Shown piece by piece: positions 36,524 through 44,468 of a stretch of 64,000 nt of DNA; the first letter of the stretch is position 1; every line of letters starts with the position of its first letter. Source of the DNA: an uncultured Desulforapulum sp. (GTDB lineage Bacteria; Desulfobacterota; Desulfobacteria; Desulfobacterales; Desulfolunaceae). The notes under the pieces are model-generated. The model did no database searches and was not told the DNA's origin. It saw only the letters and a program-made list of their open reading frames with translations. The stretch covers positions 459 to 64,458 of the forward strand of contig CAZWTY010000011.1 of the NCBI GenBank assembly GCA_964637565.1, in the 5' to 3' direction. A program made the translations under genes and the position numbers.

Positions 36524-37741
36524 ATGAATTTCATCTACAAAGCCATCGACCCTTCAGGCAGGGAAATGAAAGGGAACATCAAAGCCGCCTCTCCCCAGGA
36601 AGCCGAACAGCTCATCGGCAACATGGGGTTGATTCCCATTCATGTCCGTCAAGGGAAGGAAGGGCGAGCCGAGTTCAGTTTTTCCGATCTGACTGAACGT
36701 CTGAATCCCGTCCGTCCTGAGGATCTGGTAATTTTCACCAAGCAGTTCAGGACCATGATCAAGGCCGGGGTCAACATTCTCCGGATTCTCGATATCCTTG
36801 TGGAGCAAACGGAAAACGTCCGGCTGAAAAAAACCATCCGCACGATCCGGAAAGACTTGAGCGAAGGAACCAGCATCAACGAGGCGTTCGCCAGACATTC
36901 CGACGTGTTTTCACCTCTTTACGTCAGCATGATCGAGGCCGGTGAAGTAAGCGGATCTTTGCCGGATATCCTGGAGAGGCTGATCTACATCATCGAACAT
37001 GAAAACAAGATCAAGGCGGATATCAAGTCGGCCCTGAGGTATCCGGCCATTGTGGTGATGACGCTGGTTGCGGCCTTTTTTATCCTGTTGACCTTTGTCA
37101 TTCCAAAGTTTGTCACGATTTTCAAGAAGGCGGGGATCAATCTTCCCCTGCCGACCAAAATTTGTCTGTTGCTGTACAATTTTCTCCATGATTTCTGGTA
37201 TCTCCTGCTGGCCGGAGTTGTTTTTGGAGGTTTTGCGATTTACATGTACGTCAGAACGGACCAGGGACGTTTTGTCAGGGACAGCCTGGTTCTGGCTCTG
37301 CCCATTGTGGGGCCCCTTTTCATCAAATCGGTGATGTCAAGGTTCAGCAGCGTATTCGCCATTCTTCTTTCAAGCGGTGTGGCGATCCTGAGCTCTCTGG
37401 ATGTGCTCGCTAAAACCATTGGAAATTCAGCGATCACCCGGCAATTCCAGATGATATCCGGAAAACTGGAAGAAGGGCAGGGCATGGCCGTTCCTCTCAG
37501 ATCGGCCAAGTACTTTACGCCCATGGTGATCAACATGGTCGCCATCGGTGAAGAGGCTGGAACGCTTGACGAAATGCTGAAGGAGGTGGCGGTTCATTAC
37601 GACGACGAGGTGGAGTATGCGGTAAAGGGGCTTTCCGAAGCCATAGGCCCCTTGTTGACTGTGGGTCTGGCCGCGGTGGTGGGCTTTTTCGCCCTGGCCA
37701 TTTTTCTGCCCATGTGGGATCTGACCAAAATGGTCAAATAG
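36524..37741 (+). CDS. GspF/PilC/MshG-family platform protein
   Basis: 'MNFIYKAIDPSGRE...' after a GGAG RBS. Two T2SSF repeats and three TM segments. Confidence 0.88.
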   Translation: MNFIYKAIDPSGREMKGNIKAASPQEAEQLIGNMGLIPIHVRQGKEGRAEFSFSDLTERLNPVRPEDLVIFTKQFRTMIKAGVNILRILDILVEQTENVRLKKTIRTIRKDLSEGTSINEAFARHSDVFSPLYVSMIEAGEVSGSLPDILERLIYIIEHENKIKADIKSALRYPAIVVMTLVAAFFILLTFVIPKFVTIFKKAGINLPLPTKICLLLYNFLHDFWYLLLAGVVFGGFAIYMYVRTDQGRFVRDSLVLALPIVGPLFIKSVMSRFSSVFAILLSSGVAILSSLDVLAKTIGNSAITRQFQMISGKLEEGQGMAVPLRSAKYFTPMVINMVAIGEEAGTLDEMLKEVAVHYDDEVEYAVKGLSEAIGPLLTVGLAAVVGFFALAIFLPMWDLTKMVK

Positions 37742-37803
37742 ATGAAAGACAAACACCGTGCCTGTCGCGGTGTCCATGCGCTTAAACGTGAAAATAACAA
37801 CCC

Positions 37804-37819
37804 GTGTCCTTCGGGACAC
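37804..37819 (+). other. GTGTCC-TTCG-GGACAC stem-loop in the 5' leader of the first pilin gene
   Basis: Perfect 6-bp stem with a UUCG tetraloop, 25 nt upstream of the pilin ATG. There is no U-tract, so it is more likely an mRNA-stabilising or processing hairpin than a terminator. Confidence 0.4.
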
Positions 37820-37843
37820 ACCAAACACACCATCTGGAGGAAA

Positions 37844-38227
37844 ATGATGAAACGACATGTGTTGAAAGATCAACGTGGTTTTACCCTGGTCGAAATTATC
37901 GCTGTGCTGATTCTTCTGGGCATCCTGGCCGCCGTGGCCGTGCCCAAGTACATCGATTTGACGGAAAACGCGGAAGTGAAGGCCATCGATGCGGGAATCG
38001 CCGAGCTGAACGGCCGTGAAAACATGGCTTGGGGCAAGCTCAAACTTTCCGACACTTTGACTGACGCCGCTGTTATTACCGAAGTCGATGCGGCCAATCT
38101 GGGAGACGATTATTCTTGGGAAGCCGCTCCCACAGCAACCGGTGGAACACTCCAGTTTGGAAGCGCTTCCCAACCATTGACCAGAACCGCCTCGTCAGAG
38201 ACGGCTCCGGGAATCTGGAAAAAGTAA
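37844..38227 (+). CDS. Type IV pilin (probable major subunit)
   Basis: GGAGG RBS, then 'MMKRHVLKDQRG|FTLVEIIAVLILLGILAAVAVPKY', a class III signal with Gly-1, Phe+1 and Glu+5. 127 aa. Confidence 0.85.
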   Translation: MMKRHVLKDQRGFTLVEIIAVLILLGILAAVAVPKYIDLTENAEVKAIDAGIAELNGRENMAWGKLKLSDTLTDAAVITEVDAANLGDDYSWEAAPTATGGTLQFGSASQPLTRTASSETAPGIWKK

Positions 38228-38273
38228 AGCCGCTTGGCAACTAACACAGAATGACGATTGAAACCAAAGTTCT

Positions 38274-38669
38274 ATGAAATGTTCCGGTTTGGATGAACGA
38301 GCCTTTACCCTGCTCGAAATTCTCATGGTGCTTCTGATCGTGGGATTTCTTACAGCAGCGTCACTCCACCGTTTCGATGCGGTGATGAAACGTCACAACC
38401 GCATGGTTGTGTTTGCGGCTGTGGCGGAACTGAACTGCCGGGAAACGTTGATCTGGGCCAATGAAAAACTGGCGTCCCGGGGATTTCGAAACGACAAGAC
38501 GGTTTTCTCCAAACTGGATACGGACCTTGGAAAGGATTATTCCTGGAAAACACAGTCGCCCGCCATCAACGGCGGGCTGCTTGTGTTCCAGGAAAAACTT
38601 GATTTCAATCTGAAACGAATGCCGTCGAACGATACAAGCCCTGGAAAGTGGACTGCCGATGGACCCTGA
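38274..38669 (+). CDS. Pilin paralog with Ala at the -1 position
   Basis: 'MKCSGLDERA|FTLLEILMVLLIVGFL'. The globular part aligns with the preceding pilin: AELNGRE/AELNCRE, LGDDYSW/LGKDYSW, APGIW/SPGKW. Confidence 0.75.
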   Translation: MKCSGLDERAFTLLEILMVLLIVGFLTAASLHRFDAVMKRHNRMVVFAAVAELNCRETLIWANEKLASRGFRNDKTVFSKLDTDLGKDYSWKTQSPAINGGLLVFQEKLDFNLKRMPSNDTSPGKWTADGP

Positions 38670-39081
38670 CCAAAAAATTCAGGAAGCGGGATTCACCACG
38701 GTTGAAATCATCGCCGTTCTGCTTCTTCTGGCCGTGATTACCGCCGTGATTGTTTCAAGGTATTCTACAGGTACGGTGGATGCGGCGGCCAGTGCGGACA
38801 AGCTGAAAGTCTACCTCCGCTATACCCAGATGCGCGCCATGAATTCCGATGTGTCCTGGGGAATGAGTTTCAGCGGGACAGGTTACAGCCTGATCCGGGA
38901 CATGGGCGGGACACAGACGGTTCAAACTCTGCCGGGAGAAAGCGACACGTCTGTGTCGTTGCCCGTTTCTGTTACAGGTTCTGTCCAGTTCGACACCTGG
39001 GGAAGACCTTCAGGGCTTGATTCCATCTCCCTTGGAAACGTGACGGTGACCATCACTCCGGATACGGGGTTTATTCCATGA
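38659..39081 (+). CDS. Minor pilin / pseudopilin
   Basis: '...QEAG|FTTVEIIAVLLLLAVITAVIV', a class III signal. Confidence 0.75.
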   Translation: MDPDQKIQEAGFTTVEIIAVLLLLAVITAVIVSRYSTGTVDAAASADKLKVYLRYTQMRAMNSDVSWGMSFSGTGYSLIRDMGGTQTVQTLPGESDTSVSLPVSVTGSVQFDTWGRPSGLDSISLGNVTVTITPDTGFIP

Positions 39082-39488
39082 ATGACAGCCGGGGCATGAC
39101 CCTTGTGGAAATATTGGCCGGGCTCGTGATTCTGTCCATCGTGGCCCTGGTGGCCCTGAGGTATCTTGGCACGGGCCTTACAGCCAGCGGCAACAGCGTG
39201 GCCCATGTCAGGGAACAGGAGCAGGTGGCTACGGTGATGGAACGGATCAACGTGGAATACAGCCGACTTGAGAAGACCGATCCCGGCGCGCTGGCCACAC
39301 TGAAAGCCGCCATCGGAGCCGAAGGTTCAGACCAGGACAACGAATTCGGATCGTACTCGGTCGTCAGAAACAAGTATATCGGTTTCAACGCTTCCCAGGT
39401 GGAAATTGACGACAATGTCAACCTGAATGTCCTGAAAGTCAAGGTCAAGGTCGGTTCGCGCCAGTTGGTCTCGATTTTCACGATGTAA
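39078..39488 (+). CDS. Minor pilin / pseudopilin
   Basis: 'MNDSRG|MTLVEILAGLVILSIVAL', a class III signal. Confidence 0.75.
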   Translation: MNDSRGMTLVEILAGLVILSIVALVALRYLGTGLTASGNSVAHVREQEQVATVMERINVEYSRLEKTDPGALATLKAAIGAEGSDQDNEFGSYSVVRNKYIGFNASQVEIDDNVNLNVLKVKVKVGSRQLVSIFTM

Positions 39489-39518
39489 ACCACACCCTAT
39501 CCTGTGAGGGCAGGCCCC

Positions 39519-40118
39519 ATGATTTTCTTCAGCCGCAACCGTATAAAGGGTGACCAGCGAGGTTTCACTCTGGTTGAAATCATCGTGGTGCTTCTTCTGT
39601 CATCGATCCTTGCAGCCACCACCGGCCTGATCCTGACCACCTTTGTCAAAAGCTATGTCCTTTCCAGGCAGAGTGCAGATCTCACCCAGAAAGCCCAGCT
39701 GACCCTGAAACGGCTGAAAATTGAATTTGAGCACCTCAGCGATGTCCACACGGCCACCTCCACATCGTTGTATTATAAGGTTAAAAACGATTCAGGTGTG
39801 GAAAGTATCCGGGTCGCCGGGCTTGACGGTTCCACGGTGAAACTGGGAGACTCTCTGCCCGCAGCAGGAGGACGCATACTCCTTGATCAGGTCCAAAACT
39901 TTACTTTGAGTTATTTTGACGAGAACGGCAATCTGGCCGGAACAACCAACTGGTCTTCTTCCGGAAGCTGGAACAATCCGTCTTTCACCAGTCTTTACGC
40001 CATCAGGATCGATTTTACCCTGGATCATGAGTCCGGACCGATCCCTTTTTCAACCACGATCTACCCCAGTTTCAGGACAAGCCGGATTCCGGGGCCGCTG
40101 AACTGGAACAGTCAATAA
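39519..40118 (+). CDS. Minor pilin / pseudopilin
   Basis: 'MIFFSRNRIKGDQRG|FTLVEIIVVLLLSSILAA'. The ATG at 39519 is preferred over the GTG at 39504. Confidence 0.75.
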   Translation: MIFFSRNRIKGDQRGFTLVEIIVVLLLSSILAATTGLILTTFVKSYVLSRQSADLTQKAQLTLKRLKIEFEHLSDVHTATSTSLYYKVKNDSGVESIRVAGLDGSTVKLGDSLPAAGGRILLDQVQNFTLSYFDENGNLAGTTNWSSSGSWNNPSFTSLYAIRIDFTLDHESGPIPFSTTIYPSFRTSRIPGPLNWNSQ

Positions 40119-40127
40119 GGACCGAGG

Positions 40128-42377
40128 ATGGGTTATTTCAATTCGTTCGATACAGGATCGAAAGCAAGGGGGAGCATCACCCTCAACCTGATCGTGATTC
40201 TTGTGATAACCGGTGTGATCGGTGTCACCCTCATGTCCCTCACGTCCACCACCTTCATCCAGCAGATTCACAGTGATTCAGCCCAGCGTGCCGAGAGTCT
40301 GGCTGAATCAGGGTTCAGATATCTGGCGTCCCGTTACAGGCAGGCCGTTGACAACGAAAGTCGAAACGCCGTTCTGAAAGAACTCCACGGAAGAACGTTC
40401 TCTCTTTCAGACGGCGACGGTCGTTTTACCCTGGGGGTTTATCCTTACGTCTACATGGTGAGGACAGCGGCAAACTCGGGATCAGGGCAGGTGGGGGTGG
40501 AGTTTTTCGGCTCAAAACCCGACCACATGACCATCCCTTCAAACGGAATGATCGCTGTGCTTCTCGGTTCCAGGTACACGGTTTACAGTTACTCGTCCCT
40601 CACCGGGGACAACGTCCATTTTACCTTTGTCAATCTGGTGAACGTTTCCGACAACTCACCCGGGCTGGATACCGCCCTGTCCGTGGGAACCACAGTTTTC
40701 CCCGTGTTCCCCTCTGAAGTCAAGGTTCTGACAAACGGGGCAGGGAACAGTCTAACCGTTCCAGGTTCCGGTTCGTTCATGCCTTCTGCCGACGGTGTTT
40801 TTGAAATCATCGGGGTGAACGGAGAACGTGTCGACGGAAACGGCGTTAAAACAAAAATTTACACCTATAAAACAAGAAACGGCAACACGCTTCAGGATAT
40901 TTCAGAGTACCCGGACAACGACGCCGCCTTTTCACTGGCCCTGACAGCAACCACGAAAATTGTGGTTCATAAATCCGCTGAGATTCGATCAAAAGGGACG
41001 GTTTCTCCAGGGACCGACGCTGAAACAAACCGGGTCATGGGCCGGATGACGGCTCTCGGGTACACCCTTGAAACAGTGTCTGCCGGAGATCTGATCTACG
41101 ATACGCCGGATAACAAGCTGAAAGGGCTGATCGATTCGGCCACGGTCAACGGCGACGCCTCACTTGTGGCAGGGGGAAAGATCGGATCGGCCATGGTCTT
41201 CGATGGGGACATGGATTACATCCGCCTGGATGACCATCCGGACCTTGATCTCAGCACGGAGGGCAGCATCGGGGCATGGATCAAAGTGACGGCCTTTGAC
41301 AACAATTTTGCCGGAATCATTCGAAAAGGCGGGCTCCGGGATGATTCGGACCTGGCCTATTCCCTTGAATTTCGGGCAGACAAAAGGATCACCCTAAAAA
41401 TCGTCGGGACGACCAAGACCCTTTCCCTGGATTCGGATTCAGCCCTGTCAGCTGGTATATGGTACCATGTGGCCGGGACCTGGGGGCCAGCGGGCATGGC
41501 CATCTATGTTGACGGCATGCTGGACAGTTCCGCGGCCCAAACACTCGCTGTGAGGAACACCACGGGGACGGTTCAGATCGGAGCCCAGCTCGATGAGGTG
41601 TTCAATCCATCCCAGAAAAACAGGGGATTCCATGGAATCATGGATGAGGTCTTTATCTTCAACACCCAGAAAAATCTTTGTGAAATCCGTGACATCTATT
41701 CAAATCCCTGCAACGTGGGCTGTGATGCTTATGTCTATTACCCGTTTAGCGGAAACTACGAGGACGGAAGCGGGGAAGACAAGGCCGGAAACGACATTCA
41801 TAACGGCACCCCATACGGCACCTCTATTTCGACCGACCGTTTCGACTGCTCTCAGTGTTCCTCTCAGTACGGATTTATTGATTATGTGATAATTCCACAG
41901 GAAGCGGATTTTGATTTAACCGAATCTTTCACCATTGCTTTTTGGGTTAAAATCAGCGCACTTTCATCGATCCTTGGCAGTGATTCATTCGTTACAAAAG
42001 GCAGCAATTCATACCGGGTGACAAAAAACAGCGGGTCCAATTCCGTAAACTTCGGTACCACCGGGCTTTCGGTAGTCAATACATCGGGCAGTGTAAATAT
42101 TGGTGGAAATGTCTGGCACCATGTCGCGGTGGTGTATGACCGAGCGATTTCAGGTCCGTCCAGGAAAATAATCTATATTAATGGTGAAATGGATGTCTCC
42201 AGATCAGTCACAGGTAATCTTTCCCAGAACAACAGCAGTTTGAGATTTGGGTCAACAGGACTGTTGGTGCCATTTATCGGAAGCATCGATGATGTGGCCA
42301 TCTGGAAGCGGGCACTCACCGAGGCTGAAATTCAAAACGTAGTCAAGGGGATCAGGACAGATCCGTCTCTGCCCTGA
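40128..42377 (+). CDS. PilX-N-anchored large pilus-associated protein with two LamG (concanavalin-like lectin) domains (MshQ/tip-adhesin-like)
   Basis: 749 aa. N-terminus 'ARGSITLNLIVILVITGVIGVTLMSL' resembles the PilX_N anchor and has no Glu5. Two Laminin_G_3-like modules: '...SIGAWIKVTAFD...WYHVAGTW...IYVDGML' and '...FTIAFWVKISAL...WHHVAVVYD...IYINGEM...IDDVAIWKRALTEAEI'. Confidence 0.7.
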   Translation: MGYFNSFDTGSKARGSITLNLIVILVITGVIGVTLMSLTSTTFIQQIHSDSAQRAESLAESGFRYLASRYRQAVDNESRNAVLKELHGRTFSLSDGDGRFTLGVYPYVYMVRTAANSGSGQVGVEFFGSKPDHMTIPSNGMIAVLLGSRYTVYSYSSLTGDNVHFTFVNLVNVSDNSPGLDTALSVGTTVFPVFPSEVKVLTNGAGNSLTVPGSGSFMPSADGVFEIIGVNGERVDGNGVKTKIYTYKTRNGNTLQDISEYPDNDAAFSLALTATTKIVVHKSAEIRSKGTVSPGTDAETNRVMGRMTALGYTLETVSAGDLIYDTPDNKLKGLIDSATVNGDASLVAGGKIGSAMVFDGDMDYIRLDDHPDLDLSTEGSIGAWIKVTAFDNNFAGIIRKGGLRDDSDLAYSLEFRADKRITLKIVGTTKTLSLDSDSALSAGIWYHVAGTWGPAGMAIYVDGMLDSSAAQTLAVRNTTGTVQIGAQLDEVFNPSQKNRGFHGIMDEVFIFNTQKNLCEIRDIYSNPCNVGCDAYVYYPFSGNYEDGSGEDKAGNDIHNGTPYGTSISTDRFDCSQCSSQYGFIDYVIIPQEADFDLTESFTIAFWVKISALSSILGSDSFVTKGSNSYRVTKNSGSNSVNFGTTGLSVVNTSGSVNIGGNVWHHVAVVYDRAISGPSRKIIYINGEMDVSRSVTGNLSQNNSSLRFGSTGLLVPFIGSIDDVAIWKRALTEAEIQNVVKGIRTDPSLP

Positions 42378-42397
42378 TCCTTTTTTGCCGTCAGGGC
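42371..42397. terminator. Hairpin spanning the gap between convergent genes (possible bidirectional terminator)
   Basis: GCCCTGA / 13-nt T-rich loop / TCAGGGC. It includes the stop codon of the upstream (+) gene and ends 1 nt before the (-) gene stop (42399-42401). Confidence 0.35.
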
Positions 42398-42398
42398 G

Positions 42399-43772
42399 TT
42401 AGTTTTTGAGGCTGTGAATCGGGGCTGGAATCCGTCCTCCGTGGCGGATGAAATGGTTTACACCGTCAGCATTTTTCACCCCGATGATGCTGGCGTGGCC
42501 AAGTAAGCCGCCGAAATGGGCTTTTTCCCCTTCTTTTTTTCCTGGAACGGGAATGATCCGGGTGGCCGTTGTCTTGGAGTTGATCATGCCCACCGCCATT
42601 TCATCGGCAATGATTCCGGCCAGGGTGTCCACCGATGTGTTACCGGGTATGGCCACCATGTCGAGTCCAACCGAACAGACACTGGTCAGGGCTTCCAGCT
42701 TTTCGATGTTCAGGTATCCTTTTCGTGTCGCTTCCTCGATGTTGAGGTCTTCACTCACGGGAATGAACGCTCCGCTAAGTCCACCCACGTAAGAACTGGC
42801 AAAGGCCCCGCCTTTTTTAACCGCGTCGTTCAGCATGGCAAGTGCCGCCGTGCTTCCCGGAACACCGATACTCAGAAGCCCCATGCTCTGGAAAATTTCC
42901 CCCACGCTGTCGCCCACCGTGGGTGTGGGGGCCAGGGAAAGATCCACCACCCCGAATGGTATCCCGAGGTTTTCTGCAACTTCCCGTCCGATCAGTTCTC
43001 CAACGCGTGTCACTTTGCAGGCTGTCCGCTTGATGATTTCTGCAATCCTGCCGAGGTCCGGACGGTTTTCACCCTCAAGAGCACGGTCGATGGCTTTCTT
43101 GACCACTCCGGGTCCTGAAACCCCCACGTTGATCACGGCGTCGGCCTCGCCCGTTCCCAGATAGGCTCCAGCCATGAACGGAACGTCTTCGGGGATGTTG
43201 CAGAATACACAGAGCTTGGCGCAGGCCAGTCCGTCACTGTCACGGGTGAGATCCGCCGCTTTTTTAATGGCTTCGGCCATGAGAAGTACGGCATCCATGT
43301 TGATTCCGGCCCGTGTGGAAGCCACATTGACTGAAGAGCAGAGTCTTTGGGTGGTGGCCAGAGCCTCAGGAATCGCCTGAATCAGGGCCTTGTCGCCGTT
43401 GGCGATGCCTTTTTCCACCAGGGCCGAAAAACCGCCGATAAAATCCACGTTCACCTCCCTGGCGATGTCATCCAGGGTTCGGGCGATGTCCACCATCTGT
43501 TCCGCTGAAAAAGCCGCGGCCACCACGGCGATGGGGCTGATGGAGATCCGTTTGTTGACCACTTCAATCCCGTATTTGTGGCCGACACGGTTGCACACCG
43601 TGACCAGGTCACGGGCGAGGGTGGTCATTTTTTTTCGGATATTGGACTTGAAAACATCCAAATCATGGCTGGAACAGTCGGCAAGATTGATGCCGAGGGT
43701 CACGGCTCTTACGTCGAGGTGCTCGTATTTCAACATATCGAGGGTCGATATGAATTCTCTTTCGTTTAACAT
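42399..43772 (-). CDS. UPF0210 (DUF711) family protein
   Basis: 457 aa. N-terminus 'ISTLDMLKYEHLDVRAVTLGINL', with length and overall pattern typical of UPF0210. Confidence 0.8.
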   Translation of the reverse strand: MLNEREFISTLDMLKYEHLDVRAVTLGINLADCSSHDLDVFKSNIRKKMTTLARDLVTVCNRVGHKYGIEVVNKRISISPIAVVAAAFSAEQMVDIARTLDDIAREVNVDFIGGFSALVEKGIANGDKALIQAIPEALATTQRLCSSVNVASTRAGINMDAVLLMAEAIKKAADLTRDSDGLACAKLCVFCNIPEDVPFMAGAYLGTGEADAVINVGVSGPGVVKKAIDRALEGENRPDLGRIAEIIKRTACKVTRVGELIGREVAENLGIPFGVVDLSLAPTPTVGDSVGEIFQSMGLLSIGVPGSTAALAMLNDAVKKGGAFASSYVGGLSGAFIPVSEDLNIEEATRKGYLNIEKLEALTSVCSVGLDMVAIPGNTSVDTLAGIIADEMAVGMINSKTTATRIIPVPGKKEGEKAHFGGLLGHASIIGVKNADGVNHFIRHGGRIPAPIHSLKN

Positions 43773-43785
43773 GGTCGTTTATTCC

Positions 43786-44340
43786 TTAAATGCGGTTCAC
43801 CGCGTCGAAGATGTTCTTGTGTTGGATATTGAGATCAAGTCCGATATCGGAGGCCCTGCGGCGAAGTTCCTCGGAAAAGTTTTGAAAATCCACGGAAACA
43901 GGGATGTCTATTTCAAAGATCATGATGTTGCGATCCGGGTTTTCTCCACCCTGGAACACCGCTTTCAAATTGGATATGTTGACGCAGGCGTCGGCTATGG
44001 CCTTTGAGATGACAGACACAATCCCTTGTTTGTCAGGCCCCCTGGTGCTGACAATGAAGGGTTCCGTGGGAACTTTGTCGTGATCCTGGCGATCATCGTC
44101 CAGATCCTTGATGGTGATCTGGAGGTTGAAACCCGCAAGCTCCCGGTCCATGGCGCTCCGAAGAACCCCGTTATCGAGGTCAGGCGGCATGGAAACAAGA
44201 CAGATTCCCGCAAATTCCGATTGAAGGATAGTCTGGGTGATATTTTCGATATTGCACTGGTGCGTGAATAAAACACCGGAGACGCCCGCGATGATTCCCG
44301 GTCTGTCCGGGCCAATGACGGTGATAATGACTTTTTTCAT
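43786..44340 (-). CDS. Tandem ACT-domain protein (GcvR/UPF0237-like)
   Basis: Starts at the ATG at 44340 ('MKKVIITVIGPDRPGIIAGVSGVL'). A second ACT begins at 'FIVSTRGPDKQGIVSVISKAI'. Located immediately upstream of UPF0210. Confidence 0.75.
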   Translation of the reverse strand: MKKVIITVIGPDRPGIIAGVSGVLFTHQCNIENITQTILQSEFAGICLVSMPPDLDNGVLRSAMDRELAGFNLQITIKDLDDDRQDHDKVPTEPFIVSTRGPDKQGIVSVISKAIADACVNISNLKAVFQGGENPDRNIMIFEIDIPVSVDFQNFSEELRRRASDIGLDLNIQHKNIFDAVNRI

Positions 44341-44468
44341 CAGAACCTCGAAACGATTTGATATTTTCAATAATTTGCGTTTAACTTGTAGCACACGATG
44401 ATGTGAAAGCCCACATCATCGTGTGTGTATCCTATGAAAAAAAGACAGTGGCGGGAGTTTTCTGAGTC

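Noticed and set aside
37742-37843. Upstream ATG (37742) extending the major pilin ORF by 34 codons
   Set aside because: It would give an atypically long, Cys/Arg-rich leader before the class III signal. A GGAGG RBS sits directly before the ATG at 37844, and 37742 abuts the platform gene's stop codon.
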